The notes under the pieces were generated by a model, which had not been told where the DNA came from, did not search any database, and saw only the letters and a list, made by a program, of their open reading frames with translations. Source: Cyanophora paradoxa CCMP329 (lineage: Eukaryota > Plantae > Glaucophyta). From it: 64,000 bases of DNA. Location: the NCBI GenBank assembly GCA_004431415.1, contig QPMI01000117.1:310001-374000 (forward strand), in the 5' to 3' direction. The position numbers and the translations under genes are program-made. Shown here piece by piece: positions 1 to 9,336 of this stretch. The first letter of the stretch is position 1. Every line of letters begins with the position of its first letter.

Positions 1-137
1 TAATCCGCGAGGACGCGAGCGGTCGCGATGCTTAACAGGATATCGACGATCGCGAGGCCGCAGACGTGGAAGTGGACGCCGGTGCCGGGGCGGCCGAGGG
101 AGTCGGAGAGGTGGGAGAGGGAGGCTTGCATTTGCAT
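1..137 (-). CDS. Small viral membrane protein, 3' partial (MQMQASLSHLSDSLGRPGTGVHFHVCGLAIVDILLSIATARVLAD...)
   Basis: Hand-translated, not in the ORF track. The G-x-P-x-x-G-V-H...AIVD-x-L-L pattern resembles small membrane proteins of nucleocytoviruses (from memory). Confidence 0.6.
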   Translation of the reverse strand, partial: MQMQASLSHLSDSLGRPGTGVHFHVCGLAIVDILLSIATARVLAD

Positions 138-155
138 GTGATAAAGGAAGACAAT

Positions 156-614
156 TTAGACGTTGTACTTCTCCTGGTACGCCTTTTTGCGGATCCAGAG
201 AGCATTGGGATGTGTTGGGTCATAATTGATGCTATCCGTGTCTGGGATGTACCGGCCCTTTTTCTTGTTTGCCTCATCGCCATCCCAGTTGCTGATTGTC
301 ATACTCTCGGGATCCTCGCCATCCACGGTTATGATGAGAGGCTGATCCTTATTCCATCCTGGGTAATCGGGGATGGTGAGGCGGTATACATCCTCCCCAT
401 CCTTGGTTGTTCGGGAGTAGCGGATGACATGCGGGCGCGCCATTCCCTTGACACCACCGGGAAGGGTAGCCTCGTGTGTCGGGTTGTACCACTTGCCCTC
501 GAGGGGGTGCGCGGTCTTTCCGGTGTCGGAGCTGCTTCCCATGAGCAAGAAGGCAGCACCGACACCGACAACAAGGAGGAGGATAACGAGGATGAGGACA
601 GCAGAGCCGGCCAT
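156..614 (-). CDS. Hypothetical viral protein with N-terminal transmembrane anchor (152 aa)
   Basis: ATG-initiated intronless ORF with hydrophobic stretch AVLILVILLLVVGVGAAFLLM; co-oriented with neighbours. Confidence 0.75.
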   Translation of the reverse strand: MAGSAVLILVILLLVVGVGAAFLLMGSSSDTGKTAHPLEGKWYNPTHEATLPGGVKGMARPHVIRYSRTTKDGEDVYRLTIPDYPGWNKDQPLIITVDGEDPESMTISNWDGDEANKKKGRYIPDTDSINYDPTHPNALWIRKKAYQEKYNV

Positions 615-648
615 GGGTGATACAGAGGATGCAAGAAAAATCTAGGAC

Positions 649-1644
649 CTAAGACCTACCGATGGCAGTGTTCAGGGCATCAAATGCCAGCCGTAAATCG
701 TTTGCCTGTGCATCAGTTACGGCAGTTCCCATCACATAGCCGCCATTGCGATTATCCGACGGTCCGTGTATTTCTTCAGCTTCACCTGCAGTTCCTGTAG
801 CGCTTCCATGGGAGGTGCTTACTGTAACACTCCAATCCGAAGGAGTGGAATTTTGTGTACCAGTTACAAGAGTGCATTCCGACTTATTGCCATTTGCATA
901 GTAATAAACAGGTGTACCCAGAGCTCCCTGCGTCATAAGCATCAATCCGACAACCGGCACTGTTTGATTTGTGTTCATCTGTCCACCCCATCCGCAGCGG
1001 TTTGCCGTATTGTCGGTGAGAATGTAGTGGCGCGACCACTCCAACCCCCTGAATACGCCCATGAGTCGGGTTGCGGTTGGGGGCAAAGAGAGGGCAAATA
1101 CCCCAAAGTGGAGGTTCGATCCATTGGTAGTTATCGAAGAAAGTTTGACCCCTGTGTCAATAAACCCACCCGCAGTTACAGAGACCCGAGTCCCCGTGAT
1201 TCCTTGCAGTCTTCCATAGGTACAAGCTGTCGCACCAGTCCCCAAAGCTCTATTCGTGTCTGCAGTTGCTCCCAAAACCGTATTGATCGGACAGAGAGCA
1301 GTATTGATATCGGCACCACAGAAGGTATTCAACCGCCTGAGTGCACCCCATGTTCCGTTTGCAGAGTTAATGAGCGCGTTCACAAAAGCAATATGCGCAT
1401 CCTCCTCTGTGGCGTTCACTCCCGCCCCTCCGTTCGCCGCTATGGCCGCTTTCCAATCTGCAACTCTCTTGTTCGCAAATGATTGTGTTCCTTTCAAGGT
1501 CGACAGCCTAACGACCCCAGTGGTTGGGGCAGGGTACGTTGAGAACCCCAGCAGTTTCGAAAAGCGGAACTTGCCAGTCAACCCCATCATTTTCTGCAGG
1601 GATGACATGGTGATCTTTGTTGTCCCCACGGTCTGGACAGGCAT
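649..1644 (-). CDS. Putative virion fibre/structural protein (331 aa)
   Basis: Intronless, G/T/N-rich. N-terminus (VQTVGTTKITMSSLQKMMG..FRFSKL) resembles that of the adjacent fibre protein. Confidence 0.7.
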   Translation of the reverse strand: MPVQTVGTTKITMSSLQKMMGLTGKFRFSKLLGFSTYPAPTTGVVRLSTLKGTQSFANKRVADWKAAIAANGGAGVNATEEDAHIAFVNALINSANGTWGALRRLNTFCGADINTALCPINTVLGATADTNRALGTGATACTYGRLQGITGTRVSVTAGGFIDTGVKLSSITTNGSNLHFGVFALSLPPTATRLMGVFRGLEWSRHYILTDNTANRCGWGGQMNTNQTVPVVGLMLMTQGALGTPVYYYANGNKSECTLVTGTQNSTPSDWSVTVSTSHGSATGTAGEAEEIHGPSDNRNGGYVMGTAVTDAQANDLRLAFDALNTAIGRS

Positions 1645-1702
1645 GAGGTCATGAATCAGACAATCAAATTATTTTTACGGCAGACTGGACCATCGTACCG
1701 AG

Positions 1703-4188
1703 TCACCTCACAAAAACCATCACCGGGTTGCTGTTCTTGAAGGTTGGATGGAGTGCTCCTTGTGTGTTGAATCCATTTTCACCCCAAAAAATCCAGGTTG
1801 GATCGTGAACGCTCCCGGGTGATATCCATGGATCTTCAGCGTTTAAATTGCGGTGGTAAATATAGGCATTTGTGTTTCTGTCGGCGGTCCCCATGTTCTG
1901 AGATGACCCAGTCATTGTAACTACTTTTCCAGATTCAATCGGGAACGTAATCTGGGACAACGGGAAATAAAACCAGTACCCGGTTGTTGTCCAAAAAAGG
2001 ATCTCCGTCACAGCAGCCCCACCTTGGAGCGTATAATTTCTCCAATACCCACCTGTTGTCGGTATACTCCCCGTGCTACTATAAGTCCCATGCGAATAGG
2101 ATAACCCACTCCAAGCTACTTTCCCTGTATCGCCAGCGAACATCCCCCCCGTAGATGGCTGGGCCGCGAACGACATCCACCCCCCGTTGGCGGTTGCCAT
2201 GTCGCAGTAGATTCTGGCGATCGAACCGTCCGCGAGACGGAACTTGTAGGTTCCACTGGATGCGGACGTATTCACGCCTTTGAGCTGGACCGCATTTTGC
2301 GAATAGCTGACCATAAGAGGAGACTCCTGAGAAGCCCCCCCCTCTACGCCCCCCGTGACCGGCCTGACTACATAGGTATACGGGGTGACGAACAGCGCCG
2401 TGGTGTGTCCGTGAACGGGCTTGCAACATTATCTCCCACCTTTGTGCCGTTTCGGTAAACGTTGTAGGATTCAACTACCCCAGGGGTATGGGCGGTCCAG
2501 CTAACAGAGACATGAGGGGATGACGGCGATGGCTGAGATACAGAGATGGTTGTGCCGTACTTGTTCAGAAGCCACCCTCGAACCGCCTGAACATCGCCGT
2601 TTGAGAGGGGCTTGTCCCACACCATCAGTTCGCGGAGGTCAAGATTCGAGTGATTCGCGCCATCCGCGCCCCTGCTGATCCGCATCGTGGAGAATGTTCG
2701 GTTCGACATTGTGAACGTTCCCGTGTGGCTCTCACGGTCTTCGCCGTTCCAGATGTCAAAGGTGTTTGGCGCCAATCGCAATGCCACAACCTGCCAGGCC
2801 CCGGTGATCGGCCCGGGATCGGCATTGTCGTAAACCACCGACGATCCTACCATGTAGGCAACGTGGGTGGATGCGGTTGTTGTGCTCCGTCCAAAGCTGA
2901 TCGTGTCAGCCGGGCCTGTATTGGCAAAGTAGAACAGGCGCTCGGCATTCAGAGCGGCGCTGTGGTAGAAACGGATGACCATGATGGCCGTGAACCCCCC
3001 ACTGGTTCCGATGTCAAAGGTGCTGGATCCCAGGCTCAAGGAATTCCCGTAGGTCGTGGATGTGGATCCAGGGACGCCAAAACGCACGTAAGGGAACCGC
3101 TCATCTCTCTTGACCACCGGCAGGGTGCACCCCCCCAAGGAGGCCGCCGTGGCATTTATTGTCGTTCCCGTCACCCCGGTCCACGAACTGATGGTGGCAT
3201 CTGCGTCCGTCGATGTCAGCGTGTCAACCTGCAGCCACACCCGCGGGGCAAACATGGCGTTGTTCTCCGCGACGAGCGAGCGCCGGACTGTAAGGACATC
3301 GGTATCAGAGAGGGGCTTGTCGTAGATAATGAGCTCGCGGAGGTCCATATTTGAATTATTTGAGGGGCTTGCCGATGCACTGCCTCCTATGTACATATTC
3401 GCAAAATTCCGGTTCGGAAGTGTTGCAGGGAGGTTAGTTGTCGTGAATGTCATGGTGTCACTGGTCCATACTTCACATCTACCGGGCTTCCATCGAAGTG
3501 CAAAAATCTGCCATGAGCCCGTGATGGCAACGTCTACCCCAGACGTCGCATAGTACCCCGTATTCCCGTTAGTCATGGCATACAATACCGATGCCAAAGT
3601 ACCATTACGAGCAACAAGCCAGTTATCCGGCCCCCCTGCCGCACCGCTAATGAAATCGAACACTCTCTCGAAATTTTGGACCGGAGTGTTAAATTTAACA
3701 ACATAGAAGGCCGTACACCCCCCAGTCTCGGCCAACATGAAATCATAGCTTTTACCCCCCCCCGCCAGATTGACCCCGTTTCCATTGGACGTGCTTGTCG
3801 AGCTAGGGGTCGGATTCCCGAAACGAACATAGAAGACGCCGTCGTTCTTGATGATCCTGGGCATACCCGCCCCCCCCATGGCGTACGGCGTTCCGTCAAG
3901 TGCATTTGACCCAGGCCACGTGGTGATCGGAGCACCACTTGCAAGCGAACTGTCGATTGCGCTCGCCTTCAACCAGAACCGAGGCTGGACCCGCTGGTTG
4001 TTCGCGCTCACAGTCCCGAAGAACCTCTGCAGCCTGATGGTCTCCCCCCGCTTCGGGATGTTCGGGTTGTTCGCGGCGTACCCCCTTGGTGCATCGCGGT
4101 ACAGCTCGGACATGCGTAATTTTGCCCCCATCTTGTACTCTGCTGCGATATCCGAGAACCTCAGGCACCCCGTGGTCTGCAGCACCAT
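1703..4188 (-). pseudogene. Frameshifted virion fibre/adhesin: N-terminal anchor motif + 2 LamG/ConA-like repeats + FN3 + fibrinogen-like domain (~827 aa if repaired)
   Basis: ORF 2368..4188 has two internal repeats (PRFWLKA/PRVWLQV...ERVFDF/ERLFYF...DLRELII/DLRELMV). Removing 2 nt at ~2402-2408 completes an FN3 (SPFTDTTALFVTPYTYVVRPV..GVEG) and joins in frame to ORF 1703..2314, which carries YCDM...GGW. Confidence 0.75.
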
Positions 4189-4251
4189 CTCGGGCCTTTG
4201 TACACAGCGCACACAAAATTTCGCGGGCCATCGGGGTTTTGCAGATCTAAC

Positions 4252-5562
4252 TCAATCATCCGGGTCCAGCGCGGGGTCGTACATGGGGTGCCCTCTGGGG
4301 TAGCGGCGGGCCGTCGCCTGGTACTCGGAGACGCTCCGGGCCACGGGTCGCGCCAGCCACGCGTACTCCGGCTTGGGCCTCGGGGGCGGCGGGGGTGGGG
4401 GACCCGACGGGGGAAGGGCGGCGGTCGCTGCGGTCACCGGGGGGGCTGCGGGCCCTGCGGTCACTGCGGTCACTGCGGTTTCCGTCGGTTCCGCGGGGGC
4501 CCCCTTGCGCTTCTTCGCCCTCTCGGCCTTTCTCGCCTCCTTCTCGGCCTTGCGCTTGGTCTCGCGCTCGGCCTGTTTTGCGTCCCACTCCTTCTGTTTC
4601 CGCTCCCCGCGTTTTTTGATGGCCTCGGGTGCCGGCTTCCACCACTCAATCAGGTACTGGAGGCCGCGGATGATGCGGTTCGGGCTGGGGTTCTTGGGGT
4701 CGAAAAGGGACCCGTCCACGGCCGCCGCGATGGCATCCACGAGATCCTTGTCCGTCGGGGGCTGCGTCATCCAGAGAGTGTGCACGCGCTCTTTGAAGTT
4801 GCTCAGTGGCACGAGCGGCTTGTTCTCGATCACCGAAAGCCCGCTCAGGTCCCCATCAAACGGGGAGGGCTCATCAAAGATCGGCTGCTTGTTCGGGGGG
4901 CTATCAAAGAAGCGGCGCCAGTTCTCGCCGATGAACCAGGATTTGTGCCAGACAGTAATAATCTCGCGGGACCCATCCAGTAGCCTGGTCAGCGAAGAGC
5001 CCCCAAGCCGCCTGTTGATAACCTGGAAGAGCTTGCAGACCAGCGAGGCCCAACGGAAATCGTCGTGAGAGTGGTTGGTGCAGAGAGGTATGCCGAGGTC
5101 ACGGTGAACCCCGACCACCGCTTGCTGCTTGTTGACGTACTCGGGGATGTCCTTGTCGCGACAGAACCAGAACCGGCACTTCTCCTCCTTGGGGGCCTGG
5201 GGGGTCCTCTTTGCCTTCAGGGTGCAGGAGTGGCACAGCTTGCCACCCGCCCACTTCATTGCCTTGGATACCCGCTTGATCTCCTTCTTGCATTCCGGAT
5301 TCTCGCACACTTTCTTGACCTGCAGGGGTGTGCGAGGCTTTGGGGCCCAGTTGGGGTCAGCGGCTCTCTTCGCATCTCGCCAACACTTTCTGCAGGGCCC
5401 GTCGGGTTCGTTCTTGACCAGTTTGGGCTGGGTCGGACACGACTTGTTGGGACAGGGGAACCGATGAAACCTGTGTTTCTTGTGATCGTACTTTGGGCCG
5501 AACTTGTCCAGCTCATACTCGTCGAACCCCAGCGTGTCCGCCCGGCCCTTCTCGCACTCCAT
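4252..5562 (-). CDS. Cys-rich (multiple CxxC/CxxxxC) basic protein with Lys/Glu coiled coil and Pro-rich tail (436 aa)
   Basis: ATG ORF with CPNKSC, CRKC, CENPEC, CHSC and CRFWFC motifs. Function unknown, possibly nucleic-acid binding. Confidence 0.75.
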   Translation of the reverse strand: MECEKGRADTLGFDEYELDKFGPKYDHKKHRFHRFPCPNKSCPTQPKLVKNEPDGPCRKCWRDAKRAADPNWAPKPRTPLQVKKVCENPECKKEIKRVSKAMKWAGGKLCHSCTLKAKRTPQAPKEEKCRFWFCRDKDIPEYVNKQQAVVGVHRDLGIPLCTNHSHDDFRWASLVCKLFQVINRRLGGSSLTRLLDGSREIITVWHKSWFIGENWRRFFDSPPNKQPIFDEPSPFDGDLSGLSVIENKPLVPLSNFKERVHTLWMTQPPTDKDLVDAIAAAVDGSLFDPKNPSPNRIIRGLQYLIEWWKPAPEAIKKRGERKQKEWDAKQAERETKRKAEKEARKAERAKKRKGAPAEPTETAVTAVTAGPAAPPVTAATAALPPSGPPPPPPPRPKPEYAWLARPVARSVSEYQATARRYPRGHPMYDPALDPDD

Positions 5563-5614
5563 GGTTTGATGTATGGCAACATAAAGACAGGTTGATGTTT
5601 AACGCGCTCGAATA

Positions 5615-6224
5615 TCGACCAGGTGCGATACTCACAAGAGCCAAGTCCGGCCCCCGTGTCTATATAAGTCGATGGGGGGGCGGCACCAGCTTGGGAGAAC
5701 CGCCCCTTGTCGACACACGAGCAGCCCCCAGACAGCGGGGGTACGCGCTCGACGGACCAAGGTTCAGACCCCGGGGCAGCCCGCACTTCGACCAGGTGCG
5801 ATACTCACAAGAGCCAAGTCCGGCCCCCGTGTCTATATAAGTCGATGGGGGGGCGGCACCAGCTTGGGAGAACCGCCCCTTGTCGACACACGAGCAGCCC
5901 CCAGACAGCGGGGGTACGCGCTCGACGGACCAAGGTTCAGACCCCGGGGCAGCCCGCACTTCGACCAGGTGCGATACTCACAAGAGCCAAGTCCGGCCCC
6001 CGTGTCTATATAAGTCGATGGGGGGCGGCACCCGCTTGGGAGAACCGCCCCTTGTCGACACACGAGCAGCCCCCAGACAGCGGGGGTACGCGCTCGACGG
6101 ACCAAGGTTCAGACCCCGGGGCAGCCCGCACTTCGACCAGGTGCGATACTCACAAGAGCCAAGTCCGGCCCCCGTGTCTATATAAGTCGATGGGGGGCGG
6201 CACTGGCTTGGGAGAACCGCCCCT
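5615..6224. repeat. Tandem repeat, 173-bp unit, ~3.5 near-identical copies
   Basis: Units start TCGACCAGGTGCGATACTCACAAG at 5615, 5788, 5961 and 6133. Each contains CTATATAAG. Confidence 0.97.
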
Positions 6225-6287
6225 GCCCGCTACCCGAGCCCACGCAACACAGGCAAAACATCGCAGACAGGTAGGTCGGTATTCGAC

Positions 6288-7004
6288 TTACATATCGGTT
6301 TCATCATCATCGGGGTACATTTCGGGGTACACGTAGCGGATCACGCGGGACCCCGAGAGGGGGGCGGCGGCTCGCTTGAGGCCCTCGCTGATTGCCATAG
6401 AGTACCAACTGCACAGGTGCTCGTGGGATGTCGACGGGATGTTCTCGGCCTCGAGATGGAGAAACACGATGGGCTTCTTGAACTCGAGCGACAGGGCGGC
6501 CACACGAAACTGCTCTATTTCGTCAGGGCCCTTGTTGACCATGATTGCCACGATGCGGTCCGCCGTCTCCCGGAGGAGGGTGGGGCTGCACATGAAGCAC
6601 CGAGGACCGCGAAGGTAGGCGCGTTCGAAGAGGTGGCTTGGTCCAAACGAGGTCCCAGCCCGCACCAACACATCGTGGGCCATGTCTCTGTTTCTAAGGA
6701 AGCCGGTATCCTCTTTGTCGATGCACTTGCTGCACACCGCCTTGTCGTACTTGACGGTGACTGAGCGGCACTCGTGGCATTTGAAGCCGCCCATGCATAT
6801 CACACACGTACCCCCGCCGCACGGGGCGCAGAAGTCGAACCCGGGGACCGCCTTCTCATCGCACCCATTTCGACAGGGCTTGCATCTGCGACAGAAGCTG
6901 GTCTTGGGCGACTCGACGTTCCTCCCACAGCCCACTGCACACTTGGTTCGCTTGTTGGTCCCGGTAGGGGTGAAGAGCACGGCCATCTCCGCCTGGGACA
7001 GCAT
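6288..7004 (-). CDS. Cys-rich Zn-finger protein with possible degenerate endonuclease-like C-terminus
   Basis: First ATG at 7004 (the track start at 7079 is not ATG). Many CxxC pairs. C-terminal RIVAIMVN...E..RV...KPIVFLHL resembles giant-virus Zn-finger/endonuclease proteins without the acidic catalytic residues. Confidence 0.65.
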   Translation of the reverse strand: MLSQAEMAVLFTPTGTNKRTKCAVGCGRNVESPKTSFCRRCKPCRNGCDEKAVPGFDFCAPCGGGTCVICMGGFKCHECRSVTVKYDKAVCSKCIDKEDTGFLRNRDMAHDVLVRAGTSFGPSHLFERAYLRGPRCFMCSPTLLRETADRIVAIMVNKGPDEIEQFRVAALSLEFKKPIVFLHLEAENIPSTSHEHLCSWYSMAISEGLKRAAAPLSGSRVIRYVYPEMYPDDDETDM

Positions 7005-7190
7005 CTCTCTCGGATATCGCCGCTTACATGGTGCAGAGAAGGAAGTTAGGCGCCGTTTAACGCGCTCATATACCGACACGGGGCAAAGAACTCAAGACAC
7101 TGAGCCCCCCCCTGGGACTATACAGTTATAGGGGCGGTGATCATCGGCTTGAGAGTTTCGACACGTGCCAGAGTGTGAGATTATGCGCGC

Positions 7191-8006
7191 TCACATCGGG
7201 AACATCGGGCTGCTCGGGTTCCACCACCCTGCCCCCGCACCCCCGCCGTGGTTCCGCAGCGGCCCGAAAGCGATCACGTAGAGGTACGACAGGATCATCA
7301 GCGTCTCCAGCACGATATCGCGCGCGCCCCTCCGCCTCGCCATGTCCATCGCGGTCCTCGCCAGCTCGGCGCCCCGTGAGCGGGGCCGCACGGGCCCCCC
7401 GAAGCCCCGCGGGCCCCCAAGGCGTGTCCGCAGGAGCACACGGGGGCGCAGGCGGATGCTGCGGGGCTCCGCGGGCCTCGCGGGTCCGAGCTGCTCGGAT
7501 GCGGCGGGGTAGTCGGGGTACGACGCCTCGGAGCCCGTTTCAATCAAGGGGAGGGGCTGTGCGGTCACGAGGGTGTACGCCTCGAAAACCTCCACCAGAT
7601 CCCTGATGATGGATGGGCCCGTTGAACCGCGCGACACGTCAAATGCGAGCGAGGCGTCCAGGTGCGTTAACAGGACCTGCACCCCGTTGGGCCACGCAGG
7701 GTTGCCAAAGTCGACCCGCCCGGTCTCCGCTGCCCCCCGCACGAAACCACCGGGGTCCGACAGTCCCTTGGATTGCATGTAAGCGAGCACCTCGGCCGCC
7801 CCGAAAACCATGAGCCGCGAGAAGGCGTCCAGCACCTGCCCCTCGTTGTTCCTTGCCACCTCCCTCTCGGCCTCCTCTACGGTACCAAACCGCGCGATGC
7901 CCCTGTTGTAGGCCGCCATCGCCTGCGTGTACCTCAATGCATCTCCAAAGTCGTCCACGGAGTACATGTCCTGGAAATCAGGGAAGCCTTGGTTGCGCAA
8001 GGACAT
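7191..8006 (-). CDS. Hypothetical protein with C-terminal GNAT acetyltransferase-like motif
   Basis: VRPRSRGAELARTAMDMARRRGARDIVLET...LY...FG matches the GNAT motif A/B layout. Start at 8006 chosen; 8060 is an alternative. Confidence 0.6.
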   Translation of the reverse strand: MSLRNQGFPDFQDMYSVDDFGDALRYTQAMAAYNRGIARFGTVEEAEREVARNNEGQVLDAFSRLMVFGAAEVLAYMQSKGLSDPGGFVRGAAETGRVDFGNPAWPNGVQVLLTHLDASLAFDVSRGSTGPSIIRDLVEVFEAYTLVTAQPLPLIETGSEASYPDYPAASEQLGPARPAEPRSIRLRPRVLLRTRLGGPRGFGGPVRPRSRGAELARTAMDMARRRGARDIVLETLMILSYLYVIAFGPLRNHGGGAGAGWWNPSSPMFPM

Positions 8007-8126
8007 CCTCTCTTTCACCCAGCCTCTACATTTTCTCTCAGCCGCCCAATTACAGTCCATCTGTAACCACCCGCCAGCCCCGCGTTCAGCACCCGCCGAA
8101 CCTTCTCCCCGCATAGAGTACCAAAA

Positions 8127-8552
8127 ATGGAGCCCTTCCGGTCCGCCGGCGACGTCCATTGCCGCTGCGAGGAGTGCGGGGGCGCCCCTCTCGGCCAGCG
8201 CTGCCCCGGGCCCGAACGCCACTGCAGCATGTGCCTCGACGAGGGCGGCGGCCACGAGCCCCTGGACGCTTTGGGAATCCCGACCGGCCCCGAGTTCCGC
8301 ACGTGCGACTGCGCCCTCTGCGACCAGCGGGGCGTCGGCTACTACCCCGACTGCTGCATCGAGGACGGCAGCGACCCCGAGGCCGTCGTCGAGTGCCCCG
8401 AGTGCATGGTTTGCGAGAAAGGAACCTGGACGCACCGCTGCGTCTGCGATGTCTGCAGCGGGTACTGCAAGGACAGCGCGGGAGGCCCGTGCAGGGTCTG
8501 CGTGTACGGGAACGGATCGCACGTGGACTGGTGCGACGGCCCGTGCGGGTAG
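8127..8552 (+). CDS. Very Cys-rich small metal-binding protein (141 aa)
   Basis: A-rich context CCAAAAATGG and >20 Cys in CxC/CxxC motifs. Confidence 0.7.
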   Translation: MEPFRSAGDVHCRCEECGGAPLGQRCPGPERHCSMCLDEGGGHEPLDALGIPTGPEFRTCDCALCDQRGVGYYPDCCIEDGSDPEAVVECPECMVCEKGTWTHRCVCDVCSGYCKDSAGGPCRVCVYGNGSHVDWCDGPCG

Positions 8553-8687
8553 GTAGGGGGTCCCTTGGCGTGTGTCGAGTATTTGTGCGAGTCTGAGTCA
8601 TTTCAACAAACCCGGGGTTCGACAAAACCTAGTTCTGCCAGACCAAGGTTTCCTAATCCTTCTCGGCGTTCGAGTTGCCAAGATATA

Positions 8688-8987
8688 TTATTTCAGCAAC
8701 CCCTTCAGCTCTTGCATGCCATCCAGGAACGCGCGGATGTCCTGTCTCATCCTTGCTTGGACCGCCAGCCTTTGCATGGGCTCCAGCGGCGCCATCGTGG
8801 CCCGCACGGCCCCTAGCACCATCTGCGCATTGCTGTCCATGACCTCCGTGAGCACGAGCGCCTCCATCCCGAAGAGGGGGTTCGTCCGGGCCCGCGCGGC
8901 CACCCGGGGCATCGTGTGGTATCGGTACTCCCAGTGGGCATCCAAAAACTCGTAGAGGAAGAGGTCGGGGCGTGGGTTCAGGCTCAT
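8688..8987 (-). CDS. Hypothetical helical protein (99 aa)
   Basis: ATG ORF MSLNPRPDLFLYEFL..., divergent from the NblA-like gene with a 46-bp gap. Confidence 0.65.
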   Translation of the reverse strand: MSLNPRPDLFLYEFLDAHWEYRYHTMPRVAARARTNPLFGMEALVLTEVMDSNAQMVLGAVRATMAPLEPMQRLAVQARMRQDIRAFLDGMQELKGLLK

Positions 8988-9033
8988 GGTTGCAGACGGG
9001 GCTAGATTTTTGCGCACCCCTTAAAACAGAGAG

Positions 9034-9300
9034 ATGCCCTTCGTCTCCCCCCTCGCCGTCCGCTGTTCCGCGGGATCCCCCGATACCCCCCCACCCCCCG
9101 GCGGCGGCTACGACCCCGCGCGGCTCTCGATGCACCAGGAGGTGCACCTGCGCCAGTTCACCTTTGACGTTGCGCGCATGGACCGGCCCGCGCTCGAGTC
9201 CCTGGCCGTGAAACTCGCCGAGAACCTCTACAAATCCGCCAACATCGCGCAGGCCCTCCACGAGCGGGGCGGCAACTTCTGGCGCGAGGGGACGGACTGA
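9034..9300 (+). CDS. nblA: NblA-like phycobilisome degradation adaptor with putative plastid transit peptide (88 aa)
   Basis: LSMHQEVHLRQFTFDVARMDRPALESLAVKLAENLYKSANIAQAL aligns without gaps to the NblA consensus as I recall it (LSLEQxFxxRxFxxQVxxMSxxQAxxxLVKLYEQM...YQEL). N-terminal MPFVSP...VRC-S resembles Phe-type transit peptides. Confidence 0.65.
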   Translation: MPFVSPLAVRCSAGSPDTPPPPGGGYDPARLSMHQEVHLRQFTFDVARMDRPALESLAVKLAENLYKSANIAQALHERGGNFWREGTD

Positions 9301-9336
9301 GCTGCCCTACCCCCACCCTTTTGCTTTTCGTGGATC

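Noticed and set aside
5615-6224. CRISPR array
   Set aside because: Units are near-identical over their full 173 bp with no unique spacers, and there are no cas genes.
5256-6336. ORFs spanning the tandem repeat
   Set aside because: Non-ATG starts and repeat-derived peptides in several frames; not credible genes.
8007-8522. N-terminal extension of the 443-aa minus ORF
   Set aside because: Non-ATG start, and it is the antisense shadow of the Cys-rich plus-strand gene at 8127-8552.
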